From NCBI RefSeq assembly GCF_002434265.1, contig NZ_DJJS01000007.1:769327-833326 (forward strand): 64,000 nucleotides of DNA. Reading direction: 5' to 3'. A program made the position numbers and the translations under genes. The stretch comes from Pseudomonas sp. UBA6562 (GTDB taxonomy: Bacteria > Pseudomonadota > Gammaproteobacteria > Pseudomonadales > Pseudomonadaceae). Under the pieces are notes generated by a model. The model had not been told where the DNA came from, ran no database searches, and was given only the letters and a program-made list of their open reading frames with translations. The stretch's first letter is position 1. The number at the start of each line of letters is the position of its first letter. Below are positions 9,664-18,861 of the stretch, one piece after another.

Positions 9664-10677
9664 ATGGAAAGCATCGATCTGTTGGTTCTACGCACTGCCT
9701 GTGACTGGCTGGCCAGCGGCGAACGGGTGCTGTTGGCGACCGTTGCGGGCACGTGGGGGTCGTCTCCACGTCCTGTGGGCTCGATGATGGCGCTGCGCGC
9801 CGACGGCCGTGTGGTGGGCAGCGTCTCCGGCGGCTGTATCGAAGACGACCTGATCCAGCGCTACACCCATGCACACGGTGGCCCTGGCATGCCGGCGCGG
9901 GTCACCGAGGTGGTGCGGTACGGCGTCAGCGCCGACGAAGCACACCGCTTCGGCCTGCCCTGCGGCGGCACCTTGGAGCTGGTGCTGGAATTCGCGCCCG
10001 AGCTAGCGTCGTTGCGGGCGCTGCTCGCCGAGTTGGACGCTGGCCATCTGGTGCAGCGCCGGCTCGAACTCGACAGTGGCAAGGTCGCGCTGACCGTCAC
10101 CGACCAACCCGCAGTGTCCGGCCTGCAAGGCCAGGTGATGCACACCACGCTTGGCCCAGGCTACCGCTTGCTGTTGATCGGTGCCGGGGCGCTGGCCGAG
10201 TACCTGGCGACCATGGCCCTGTTCAACGGCTTCAAGGTGGCGCTGTGCGATCCGCGCAGCGAATACCGCAGCACCTGGTCGGTGGCCGGCGTCGAGCACC
10301 TGCCGGGCATGCCCGACGACGTGGTGCGGGCGTTCGGCGCCGACCAGCGCAGTGCCATTGTCGCCCTGAGCCACGATCCGCGCCTGGATGACCTGGCCCT
10401 GCTCGAAGCCCTGCAAGGTCCGGCGTTCTACATCGGTGCCATCGGGTCGCGGCGCAACTCGCAAAGCCGTCGCGAGCGGTTGATCGAACACTTCGGCCAG
10501 ACCGAAGCGTCGCTGCAGCGCCTGCACGGCCCCATCGGTCTGCACATCGGCAGCAAGACACCTGCGGAGATCGCCGTCAGTGTGATGGCCGAGCTTCTCG
10601 CAGAAAAGAACGGCGTAGCCTTGCCTGGCGCGGTGCGCGTGGCGGCGGGCAAGCAGATCGAAGAATGCGCGGCCTAG
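9664..10677 (+). CDS. XdhC/CoxI family accessory protein
   Basis: XdhC_CoxI N-domain (GSSPRPVGSMMALRADGRVVGSVSGGCIEDD) plus Rossmann-like C-domain (LLLIGAGALAEYLA). Start set at ATG 9664. Confidence 0.8.
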   Translation: MESIDLLVLRTACDWLASGERVLLATVAGTWGSSPRPVGSMMALRADGRVVGSVSGGCIEDDLIQRYTHAHGGPGMPARVTEVVRYGVSADEAHRFGLPCGGTLELVLEFAPELASLRALLAELDAGHLVQRRLELDSGKVALTVTDQPAVSGLQGQVMHTTLGPGYRLLLIGAGALAEYLATMALFNGFKVALCDPRSEYRSTWSVAGVEHLPGMPDDVVRAFGADQRSAIVALSHDPRLDDLALLEALQGPAFYIGAIGSRRNSQSRRERLIEHFGQTEASLQRLHGPIGLHIGSKTPAEIAVSVMAELLAEKNGVALPGAVRVAAGKQIEECAA

Positions 10678-10685
10678 GCTCATTG

Positions 10686-10750
10686 CCGGTCAGTCAAGCG
10701 ATGGGCTGCAACGCCGCCCCAACTGAAATTCCTTCGCCTTGACTGACGGC
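10686..10750. repeat. Extragenic palindromic repeat element (same family as 19826-19988)
   Basis: Termini CCGGTCAGTCAAGC ... CTTGACTGACGG are inverted. Internal GATGGGCTGCAAcGCcGCCCCAA is shared with the 19.9-kb copy. Confidence 0.6.
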
Positions 10751-10872
10751 GTCAGGCCCAGGTGCGCTTGACGCGAATTTGCACGGATGATGACGATATT
10801 AGCGTCCATACAAGTGGAACAGTGGCAATTTGGGTGCAATACTCTCGCACCTGATTGTCAGAGACATCACCC

Positions 10873-12003
10873 ATGCGTGTATTCCTTAGTCACTTTCGAG
10901 ACCGCGCATTGGAAGTGATGGCTTCGGGCACTTCCATTCAGGGCCTGCTCGGCGAATTCGCACTGGCCTTGCAGGTCGAAGTCCCCGATGCCGTGGTCGG
11001 CATCCTGGTCCTGGACACGCCCGGCAATACGTTTCGCCACGCCATATTCCCCGCCATGCCCACGACCTTCACCACCGCATTGATCGGCAACCCGATCAGC
11101 GCGGGCCGCGGTTCCTGTAGCCATGCCGTACGCACCGGCAAGACCGTCGAAGTGCCCGATGTGGCGTCGGACGAGCGCTTTTCCGAGCAGTGGCGCGACG
11201 AGTTTCGCAAGCACGATCTGACCTCGTTGATTTCGGTACCGGCCATCGGCACAGACGGCGAGGTACATGGATCGCTCGCAGTCATACATCCCATGGACAT
11301 GGGCCTGACCAAGGAGCAACGGGTGTTCCTGTCGGGCGCGGCGGGCTTGTGCGCCCTGTTCTGCCGTTACAGCCGCACCCAGGAGTCGCAGACTTTGCTG
11401 ATCGGTGAGCTTGAACACCGCATGCGCAATCTGTTCTCGACGCTTTCCGGAGTGGCGGTGCTGACCCTCAGAAACTACCCGGAGCCCGAGCAGTTCCGGT
11501 ACATGCTCGATCAGCGCATGGTGATGATGCAGCGCGCCCATGCCCTGGCGCTGTCCCCGGCGGAAATGCCGCTGGCCTCGCTGCTGAGCGAGGTCCTGTC
11601 TCCGTACAGCGACCGTTACCGGATCCGTTTCGACGGCCCCGCCATTTTGTTGGCCAAGGAGGCAGCGGCGGCCTTCGCCATGGTGGTCCATGAACTGGGT
11701 ACCAACGCCGCGAAATACGGCGCGCTCTCGCAACCGGGGGGCGAGTTGCACATCAGCTGGCAAACCGAACAACGCTCGCCCGACGATGCGCACGACGGCT
11801 TCAGCTTGAGCTGGCAGGAACTCAACGGGCCCGTAGTGCTAGCGCCGTCGCGCAAAGGCTACGGAACGCTGATGGTCAACGGGGCGCTGCGCAATGCGTT
11901 CAACGGCTCGGCCGCCTTCACTTACGAAGCGGCAGGGTTCAATTGCCTGATCAGCGCGCCGTTCAACGAGCGCCTCGGGCGGGCAGAGCCACATCATGAC
12001 TGA
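10873..12003 (+). CDS. GAF domain-containing HWE/HisKA2-family sensor histidine kinase (soluble)
   Basis: H-box ELEHRMRNLFSTLSG, N-box HELGTNAAKYGALS and SWQELNGP motif, with an N-terminal GAF-like domain. No TM segment and no adjacent response regulator. Confidence 0.8.
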   Translation: MRVFLSHFRDRALEVMASGTSIQGLLGEFALALQVEVPDAVVGILVLDTPGNTFRHAIFPAMPTTFTTALIGNPISAGRGSCSHAVRTGKTVEVPDVASDERFSEQWRDEFRKHDLTSLISVPAIGTDGEVHGSLAVIHPMDMGLTKEQRVFLSGAAGLCALFCRYSRTQESQTLLIGELEHRMRNLFSTLSGVAVLTLRNYPEPEQFRYMLDQRMVMMQRAHALALSPAEMPLASLLSEVLSPYSDRYRIRFDGPAILLAKEAAAAFAMVVHELGTNAAKYGALSQPGGELHISWQTEQRSPDDAHDGFSLSWQELNGPVVLAPSRKGYGTLMVNGALRNAFNGSAAFTYEAAGFNCLISAPFNERLGRAEPHHD

Positions 12004-12089
12004 CCTGGCACTGCCCTGCGCTTCTCACATCGAGGTGCGGCGTTAAGGTGCAACCAGTCGTTCAGTAGCGGTTGCAGCGGCAATGCCGC

Positions 12090-12248
12090 CTATTGATCGT
12101 CTGGATGCTCGGATGTCACCGAATCGTTGACTTCGACGTCCGGCATCTCTTCATCGAGACCAGCGTCATCGTCTTGCAGCTCAGGTGCCTGTTTGGTGGC
12201 CGGATCTTGCGGTGCGGGATCGCGTGGCACGGTTGGGTGGTTGTCCAT
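12090..12248 (-). CDS. Small acidic hydrophilic protein (52 aa), hypothetical
   Basis: ATG preceded by GGAGA at about 7 nt. Sequence MDNHPTVPRDPAPQDPATKQAPELQDDDAGLDEEMPDVEVNDSVTSEHPDDQ. Below the ORF-track cut-off. Confidence 0.5.
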   Translation of the reverse strand: MDNHPTVPRDPAPQDPATKQAPELQDDDAGLDEEMPDVEVNDSVTSEHPDDQ

Positions 12249-12471
12249 CGTCGTATCTCCAAGCCGACGGGCGAAGTGCCCGTCCGTATAGCTGTGAGGA
12301 CCCTCGACCCGGGCAGTGCCCGCTGCCGGACCGACGGCGGCGCTACCTCCTGATTAATCACATGGTAGAAGCAGACCTGGGGAACGTTTTTCGGCGCGAA
12401 TTGACGGCTTGCGCGAATCGCCGCACTCCCCTCACACTGCCGCATCCACCGCTTACCGAGGCTTGCAGCGC

Positions 12472-12996
12472 ATGTCGCCTTATTCGTCACAGCACCAGTA
12501 TTACCTTTCAGGCGCGGAACGCTCGGCGATCGCGGAAATCGAGGGTACTACCAACATTCTCAAACTGGTCTTGAAGTACACGGCCATGCCGTTCGCGGCT
12601 ATCGCCAAGTTCAACGACAACGACTGGGTCATCTGCGCGGCGCTGGACAGAGGCGACTTCGGCCTGGAGCAGGGCGACGCCTTTCCACTGGAACGCACCG
12701 TTTGCAGCGAGTTTTTGCGCGCGCCGGAAGCCTTGCTGGTGCCCTCGCTGACCCAGGATTCGCGTTTCGCCCTGCGCCCCATCGTCAATCAGCTGGGCTT
12801 GGACAGCTACGCCGGGGTGCCGATTTTCCTGCCCAACGGCGACCTGTACGGCGCTTTATGCGCGCTCGATACCCGCGAAGCGTATTTCGACGACCCGGAC
12901 CTGGCCGAAGTACTGTCCCTGTTCGCACGCCTGGTAGGGTGCATCCTGTATGCGTGCATCGAAGATCAGGCCGTGGAGCCGGTCGAATCTGTCTGA
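12472..12996 (+). CDS. Stand-alone GAF domain protein
   Basis: 174 aa. GAF-like pattern (FAAIAKFNDNDWVICAA...DSYAGVPIFLPNGDLYGALCALD). Start set at ATG 12472. Confidence 0.7.
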   Translation: MSPYSSQHQYYLSGAERSAIAEIEGTTNILKLVLKYTAMPFAAIAKFNDNDWVICAALDRGDFGLEQGDAFPLERTVCSEFLRAPEALLVPSLTQDSRFALRPIVNQLGLDSYAGVPIFLPNGDLYGALCALDTREAYFDDPDLAEVLSLFARLVGCILYACIEDQAVEPVESV

Positions 12997-13023
12997 CCGA
13001 CCCTAGCGCTCCAACGGCCCTGA

Positions 13024-13059
13024 ACGACAAAGCCCAGCACTGATGCTGGGCTTTGTCGT
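13024..13059. terminator. Bidirectional rho-independent terminator
   Basis: Perfect 16-bp stem ACGACAAAGCCCAGCA-ctga-TGCTGGGCTTTGTCGT between convergent genes. Confidence 0.8.
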
Positions 13060-13075
13060 TCAAACGCCGAGCGGA

Positions 13076-13309
13076 TCACTCGGTCTTGGCGGTGCCGTTT
13101 TCGCGGGGCACCTGGGAGTCTTGGTCCGAGCCTGGGTTACCCGCCGGCGGGTTCCAGTCTTCAGGCTTTTTGCCTTCCTGGGAACCGACACCTTGCTTGG
13201 GCTCGGACGACGTCTGCTCGAGTCCCGAACCGTGGCCTTCGCCGGTATCTGGGGTGTCGCTGCTCGGGCCTGGATAAGGTGCTGCGGGTCCATTGTTGTC
13301 TTTGATCAC
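13076..13309 (-). CDS. Small Gly/Pro/Ser/Asp-rich hydrophilic protein (77 aa), stress-protein-like, hypothetical
   Basis: GTG start 6 nt after GGAGA. Sequence (M)IKDNNGPAAPYPGPSSDTPDTGEGHGSGLEQTSSEPKQGVGSQEGKKPEDWNPPAGNPGSDQDSQVPRENGTAKTE. Terminator immediately downstream. Confidence 0.55.
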   Translation of the reverse strand: MIKDNNGPAAPYPGPSSDTPDTGEGHGSGLEQTSSEPKQGVGSQEGKKPEDWNPPAGNPGSDQDSQVPRENGTAKTE

Positions 13310-13519
13310 GATCGTTCTCCGCTGGTGGACGCAGGCCATCTGCATCTGAAACATTGGAAGAACGTCACTCGCCGAAGTGCGATGGCATTGACGAACGGCA
13401 CGCGCCTGCACACTGCCCTACCCTTTCGACGAGCCGAACTGGTAGGGTTGCACCGGTATTCGCGGCACACCCCTGTGCTCGATCGAGTCGACGTCATCCG
13501 TTCAATAAGGAAGTACCCG

Positions 13520-13843
13520 ATGAAACGCTATCTGGCCCTGGCTACCTTCGCTGCCCTGGTTGGCTGCAGCCATGACACACCTGTCCCGAACACGCCGAAC
13601 CTTGAAGGCAAATGCGACGAAGTGGCAAGGTTCGACCTGTCGTTTTCGCGCTTCGACGAAGTCGCGCAGGACATCGGCAACGACAGCGGTTGCGTGATCA
13701 AATCCGATCTGAACAGCACGGGCGCGGTGAAGCCCAATGTGGTGAAAGGCGAAATGACCCGCCGCGAAGCCATCCAGGCGGCCATTCAGAGCACCGGCCT
13801 GCAGATCGTCAACCACCAGCCCGACCAGGTCACGGTGCAGTAA
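13520..13843 (+). CDS. Lipoprotein, hypothetical
   Basis: Signal peptide plus lipobox MKRYLALATFAALVGC. 107 aa. Confidence 0.65.
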   Translation: MKRYLALATFAALVGCSHDTPVPNTPNLEGKCDEVARFDLSFSRFDEVAQDIGNDSGCVIKSDLNSTGAVKPNVVKGEMTRREAIQAAIQSTGLQIVNHQPDQVTVQ

Positions 13844-13910
13844 CGGTGCGGGGCGGTCGGCGCGCTTGCCCTGTCTCGCTCGATGGCAAACGCGCAGTGG
13901 GTCGCAGGGC

Positions 13911-14045
13911 TCAGCAGTAACCGGGCGGGATCCCGTCCTTGTTCTTGTCCTTGAGGCGCTCGCGTTCTTCTTCGGTGGCGTGCGCCGGTACGTCGTCCTG
14001 CTGGGCAGGGGTGGGCTTGGGTTGCTCTTGCTTGGGATCGGTCAT
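13911..14045 (-). CDS. Small hydrophilic protein (44 aa), hypothetical
   Basis: ATG preceded by GAGGA. Sequence MTDPKQEQPKPTPAQQDDVPAHATEEERERLKDKNKDGIPPGYC. Confidence 0.45.
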   Translation of the reverse strand: MTDPKQEQPKPTPAQQDDVPAHATEEERERLKDKNKDGIPPGYC

Positions 14046-14156
14046 GTCAACGTCCTCGACTGAAAAGTGACGGACGTTGGGCAGCAATGGACGGCCATAT
14101 GTTCAGTCGGACCGGCGGCAACCCGCTTCACGACGAGCCGCCGCCGGCAAACAGCG

Positions 14157-14399
14157 TCATTTGCGTGTCTTTGGCTGGATCACCTGGGTGTAGAGGAAGT
14201 AGCCACCGGCGATTTCGGCGACGGCGAGCACGCCATGCAGCGGTCCGAACATGAAGGACGAGGCGATGAACGCCACGGCGACGATACCGGCGAAGATCTG
14301 CAGGATCTGCACGGTCTTGGGCGACACCGCGACCTTGCCATTGACCACGTAACCGGCGGCCAGGCCGATCAAGATACCGATGATGATGCGAGTGAACAT
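14157..14399 (-). CDS. Small integral membrane protein (80 aa, 3 TM), hypothetical
   Basis: Hydrophobic Gly-rich helices (IIIGILIGLAAGYVV, IFAGIVAVAFIASSFMF, VLAVAEIAGGYFLY). Confidence 0.6.
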   Translation of the reverse strand: MFTRIIIGILIGLAAGYVVNGKVAVSPKTVQILQIFAGIVAVAFIASSFMFGPLHGVLAVAEIAGGYFLYTQVIQPKTRK

Positions 14400-14747
14400 T
14401 GCAGCTCCTTACTCGGGCGAGACGCCGACGTCGTTTAACGTGCTGGTGAGGTATGTGGACCGGGCGCGAAAGCTCGCGCCGAACCATCTTACACATCCGC
14501 ACTGGCGGCGCAGAGGCGCGGACATGACCGACGCCCATGTCAACACGCCTGGCCCATCGATGCTGCTCGCCAGGCGAACTCGAGACGCCCCTGGACGACA
14601 ATCGAAGATCGGACGGGAGCTTGCGTGCACGCTGCGGTCCAAGCGTACAGCGAGCCCTGCTCCGACCTGGACGGCGGTGCCGCGCCACCTCACACGACAG
14701 GTGCGCACACCCTTCGCTCTGCCCACGATCCACTTTGGAGAACAGCC

Positions 14748-14930
14748 ATGCCAGTGACCGTCAAAAAACTCGAAGGCGATGACATCCCTCCCCACCGTCG
14801 CCGCGAAGACGTGACTCAGATATTTCGTGTGACGGACGACGACGGTGTCGAGCATTTCGTCGACAGCGACGAGGCGGCCGCGAAACTTGCGGTCACCCTG
14901 AGCGAGCTGGACCGAGACGAGCGCGTTTGA
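14748..14930 (+). CDS. Small acidic protein (60 aa), hypothetical
   Basis: ATG 14748 preceded by GGAGAA. Sequence MPVTVKKLEGDDIPPHRRREDVTQIFRVTDDDGVEHFVDSDEAAAKLAVTLSELDRDERV. Confidence 0.5.
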   Translation: MPVTVKKLEGDDIPPHRRREDVTQIFRVTDDDGVEHFVDSDEAAAKLAVTLSELDRDERV

Positions 14931-14961
14931 ACCCAACGCCTCGCCTGTAATGGGCCCGCAG

Positions 14962-16266
14962 TCAGCGGGCGATCATGCTGGCGGCCTGCTCGGTTGCCTC
15001 GGTGGTGCGCGTCGCCAGCTTGCGCACCTCGTCAGCCACCACGGCGAAACCGCGCCCCGCTTCACCGGCGCGAGCCGCTTCGATGGCCGCGTTCAACGCC
15101 AGCAAATTGGTCTGGCTGGCAATGCTCTGGATGGTGGCGACGATGCTCGACAACTGGGCGATGTTGGCTTCCAGGGTTTTCTGATAGTCGGCTTGGGATT
15201 GGCGCATCGCGCGCTGCTCGTGCTGCAGGTGGACGTCCACCAATGCCCCCACCACCCGCAACGGCAGGCCATCGGCGTTGCGCCGCGTCTGGCCGCGGGC
15301 GCGGAACCAGCGGTACTCGCCCGAGCGGTGTTTGAGGCGGTACTCGATGTCGAATGGGGTCTTGCCGCTGCGGTCGGTCAAGTGCGCGGCGAAGGCTGAC
15401 AGGCTGCGCTCCTTGTCTTCCGGATGCAGGCGCGAGGCCCAGCTGTCGAGCACGTCGGGGAATTCCTCGACCGTTTCGAAGCCCAGCAGACGGCGGAACT
15501 GCGGCGACCACCAGAAGGGATTGCGCGGGTTGACTGGATCGCCTGCGATCACTTCCATGTCCCACAAGCCGTCGGACAGCATCTCACGGGCCAATTCGAA
15601 ACGGGTGATGATCACATCGTGCTCGCGATCGCGCTCCAACTGGTCGTGGATGTCGCGCAGCGAGCCGGCCACGCGTAGAGGCGCGCCTTTGCCGTCGCGC
15701 AGGGTTTCGCCCTGGGCATAGAACCAGCGGTAGGTGCCGTCTTTCATGGCCAGGCGGTTCTTGACCCGATAGGGAGTGCTGCCCGAGCGGTCGTTGAGAT
15801 GGCGCGCGAAAGCGTCGAGGGTGGCCTGCTTGTCTTGTGGGTGCAGGCGGTCGGCCCAACTCGACAGCACGTTCGGGAAGTCATGTTCGCCCTGGAAACC
15901 CAGCATCTGGCGCAATTGCTGCGACCACCAGAACACGTTGTGCGGATTGACCGGGTCACCGGCGACCACTTCCATGTCCCACAAGCCTTCGCTGGACGCA
16001 CGGTTGACCAGATCGAAGCGCACCTGATGGCGTTGCGCAGCGGCGCTGGCTTGGGCCAACTCTGCCTCGGTCGCAGCCAGTCGCTGCTCGACTTCGGCGC
16101 TTGCCTGAACCTGCGCCTGCTCACGTGCTTGCAGGGTTTGCCAGGCTTGCAGCACGGGTTGGTTGCGCGAGCGCTGTTCGAGTTGAGGGGGTTGCAGCGT
16201 GGTGACGGCCTTGACCAACTCGTGCAAAGCCTTGCGGTCGCGCCGCGGCGCCAGGAAGGAAAACAT
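14962..16266 (-). CDS. Soluble PAS-PAS methyl-accepting chemotaxis-type protein (BdlA-like architecture)
   Basis: Two tandem PAS repeats ([15 protein letters not shown].. and [15 protein letters not shown]..) plus a short MCP signalling core ([33 protein letters not shown]). No TM segment. Start set at ATG 16266. Confidence 0.8.
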   Translation of the reverse strand: MFSFLAPRRDRKALHELVKAVTTLQPPQLEQRSRNQPVLQAWQTLQAREQAQVQASAEVEQRLAATEAELAQASAAAQRHQVRFDLVNRASSEGLWDMEVVAGDPVNPHNVFWWSQQLRQMLGFQGEHDFPNVLSSWADRLHPQDKQATLDAFARHLNDRSGSTPYRVKNRLAMKDGTYRWFYAQGETLRDGKGAPLRVAGSLRDIHDQLERDREHDVIITRFELAREMLSDGLWDMEVIAGDPVNPRNPFWWSPQFRRLLGFETVEEFPDVLDSWASRLHPEDKERSLSAFAAHLTDRSGKTPFDIEYRLKHRSGEYRWFRARGQTRRNADGLPLRVVGALVDVHLQHEQRAMRQSQADYQKTLEANIAQLSSIVATIQSIASQTNLLALNAAIEAARAGEAGRGFAVVADEVRKLATRTTEATEQAASMIAR

Positions 16267-16566
16267 GGGGTAACCTCTTGATGGAAAAGGCCTGATCCCT
16301 GGCGTCATTCACCTGCATCGGCGGCGTTTTACGTTTCTGTAGCATGTTGTTTCATTTATTTGGACAAGCCCCCAACGGCGTATAACTTTTTCCGCAGCGT
16401 TTTCCCTAGTGACTTTGCACGCGGATCTTTTCAGCCGAGGACGAACGCCGCAGTGGCAGTGCGTGTGCGAAGCAGCGCAAGTTCCGGCGCCACGCCATTT
16501 GACGAGCAGCCTTCGAGCAGGCAGTTTGCACGCCTTCCTATCGACTTCACGGAACTGGAGGTCTTC

Positions 16567-16806
16567 ATGCCCAACGTGTTTAGTCGTTTGTTCAGGCGCA
16601 AGCCTCAGACCACCAGAGCATCGGCGCAGCCTACCGACCTGCCCAACCCTCTGGGGCCGATGCTCGCCGGCCTGCCCCTGGCCGAGTGCGCCTCGCGGCA
16701 CGCCTCGCACGACTCCAGCCACCATCATCACCAGGCGGATTGCTCGTCGTCCGATAGCGCCGGCGACAGCGGGTCCAGCGACGGGGGGGCCGGCAGTTGC
16801 GACTGA
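16567..16806 (+). CDS. Small His/Ser/Asp/Cys-rich protein (79 aa), hypothetical
   Basis: ATG preceded by GGAGG. C-terminal SRHASHDSSHHHHQADCSSSDSAGDSGSSDGGAGSCD. Confidence 0.45.
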   Translation: MPNVFSRLFRRKPQTTRASAQPTDLPNPLGPMLAGLPLAECASRHASHDSSHHHHQADCSSSDSAGDSGSSDGGAGSCD

Positions 16807-16867
16807 TCGACTCCATACACCCGCATCAGGTCGATGGCGGGCATCCGCCTCAGGGTGCGCAGCGCCC

Positions 16868-17377
16868 ATGAACGTCTCCGAGCACGTGACGGTGAAGTGC
16901 CCCCGGTGCGGCGCCTGTGCCCAGTTCCATGAGCCGTTCGCGTTCCTGCGGGCAGCGCCCACCGGCCAGACGGCCATTGCCTGGGGCGGCTGGTTCGTGG
17001 TCGAGCGCTACCCCGACGTGCTGCCCTGGCAGGCGCCCAAGGGCCGTTCGAGTCAGTACCTGGTGCATGGCGGCGACGATGGCCGGGGCTATGCGGTGTT
17101 GCATCGCGGCGTGGTCGATTGCCGGGCGTGCATGGCGCGTTTCGTCCATGAGCTGGCCTGGCCCGACGACCTGTGGTGGCAATGGTCGATCCGTGGTCAT
17201 CTGCTGTGGGCCTGCGACCGGGCCCAGGCTGTGCAGATTCTCGACTACGTGCGGGCCACCGACCGACCGGCCCGTTCCATCCACGGGCCGATCGGCAGCC
17301 TGCCTAGCGTGTTTCTCTCGGCCAAGATGCGCGGCGCTGTGGTCAAGGCCATGGAAAAGACACTGGCCGCAGGCTGA
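16868..17377 (+). CDS. Hypothetical protein with zinc-ribbon-like CxxC pairs (169 aa)
   Basis: KCPRCGAC near the N-terminus and DCRAC later. GC3-rich coding frame. Start at ATG 16868. Confidence 0.55.
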   Translation: MNVSEHVTVKCPRCGACAQFHEPFAFLRAAPTGQTAIAWGGWFVVERYPDVLPWQAPKGRSSQYLVHGGDDGRGYAVLHRGVVDCRACMARFVHELAWPDDLWWQWSIRGHLLWACDRAQAVQILDYVRATDRPARSIHGPIGSLPSVFLSAKMRGAVVKAMEKTLAAG

Positions 17378-17386
17378 GTCTGGCGC

Positions 17387-17695
17387 TTATTGCTCGCGTT
17401 TCTTGCCAATCACGACGGCGCCGCGGGTGATCGAAAAACCCACATCGCCGACGTAGTTGCCGTTGCTCTGCAGGCATTGCTCGGTCTGGCCCATCGAGAC
17501 CGGCACCACGTTGACCACGTCGTATCCCTCGGCGTCGTAGGCCTCGTACATGTCGCGCAGCAGGTTGGCATACTCGTCGAAGTTGACGTGACGGCTGCTG
17601 TAGACCTCCTTGGTCTTGTTGCCGAAAAGGCCAGCGGGTTTGGTTTCGCTGGTCAGCGAGGCGTAGAACCAGCGCGAAATGAATTTGCCGGACAT
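17387..17695 (-). CDS. Conserved hypothetical protein (102 aa)
   Basis: Clean ORF with coding-type codon bias. No motif recognised with confidence. Confidence 0.5.
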   Translation of the reverse strand: MSGKFISRWFYASLTSETKPAGLFGNKTKEVYSSRHVNFDEYANLLRDMYEAYDAEGYDVVNVVPVSMGQTEQCLQSNGNYVGDVGFSITRGAVVIGKKREQ

Positions 17696-17788
17696 GGGGG
17701 CTCCTTAGAGGGCGTTGGGAAGAGCCGGATATCTTGCACCCGTTGGCGCACAGTGCAACAGCCCTTCGCCTCGGGCGCTTCGACAGAC

Positions 17789-18715
17789 TCAGGCCAACGC
17801 GTCCCAATAGGGTGGATCACCAATGGCCTCGACCAGGTACTGAGTAACGGCGCTGACCTTGCGCGAGCGCAGGCGGCTCTGCGGCGACAGCACATGGATC
17901 GCACCCGGATCGGCTTCGACTGCGGCCGTCCAGTCCGGCAGCAGCCGCACCATCTGCCCGCTGGCGAAGGTGTGCTTGTCGTACAGCCAGGTCGGAAACA
18001 GCACGATGCCCCGTCCGGCCTGTGCGGCCGCCACCAATACCTGCGCATCGTTGCTGCGCAGCGGGCCCTGCACGTCGATGACCTGCGGCGCCGCGTGCGG
18101 CGACTGCCGGAAGAACCAGCGCTGCGCACCCGCCAAGCCCTTGTAGACCAGACAGCGATGCTGGGCCAGCTCTTCAGGGCAAGTGGGTGCGCCGAAACGT
18201 TCGACATAGGCCGCGCTGGCCGCCAGCACGTACTTCTGCTCGGCCACTTGGCGGCCGATCAGGCCCGAGGGTTCCAGATGCCCGACGCGCAAGGTGATGT
18301 CGGCACCCTCCTGGACCGGATCGATGAAGGCGTCGGTCAAGGTCAACTCGATGGTGATGTCGGGGTAGGTGTCGGCCATGCGGTTGAGCAGGCCGGCGAT
18401 CTGCAACTTGCCCAAGGCTACCGGCGCATTGATACGCACCAGCCCCTGCACGGCATCCGGCCTGCCCTGCAGCGACTCGTCGGCGGCATCGAGCAACTCG
18501 AGCACTTCGCGCAATTGATAGTAGTAGCGCTCCCCCGCCTCGGTCAGCCGCACGCCACGGGTGTTGCGATAGAGCAATTGCTGCCCGAGGCTCTTCTCCA
18601 ACGCCGCGATGAACCGCGAGACAGAAGAAGCCGGCACCTGGAAGTGCCGGGCTGTGGCGACGAAGCTGCCGGTCACGGCGACCATGACGAAGAAGCGGTG
18701 GGCCTTGAGGTGCAT
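17789..18715 (-). CDS. LysR family transcriptional regulator
   Basis: wHTH MHLKAHRFFVMVAVTGSFVATARHFQVPASSVSRFIAALE plus substrate domain. Start set at ATG 18715. Divergent from the DMT pair. Confidence 0.85.
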   Translation of the reverse strand: MHLKAHRFFVMVAVTGSFVATARHFQVPASSVSRFIAALEKSLGQQLLYRNTRGVRLTEAGERYYYQLREVLELLDAADESLQGRPDAVQGLVRINAPVALGKLQIAGLLNRMADTYPDITIELTLTDAFIDPVQEGADITLRVGHLEPSGLIGRQVAEQKYVLAASAAYVERFGAPTCPEELAQHRCLVYKGLAGAQRWFFRQSPHAAPQVIDVQGPLRSNDAQVLVAAAQAGRGIVLFPTWLYDKHTFASGQMVRLLPDWTAAVEADPGAIHVLSPQSRLRSRKVSAVTQYLVEAIGDPPYWDALA

Positions 18716-18861
18716 GTGGGTCCTTGGGACAAACGGGCCGAAGGCCCTTACGATCAACCTGGGCGTTGCGATTGCAGCAATGGTGTTTTGCTGGGAGCCG
18801 CAATTGTGACGATTAGCGCACCGAAATACCATGCCGCCCTTGATTCAGGAGATCCACCGTC

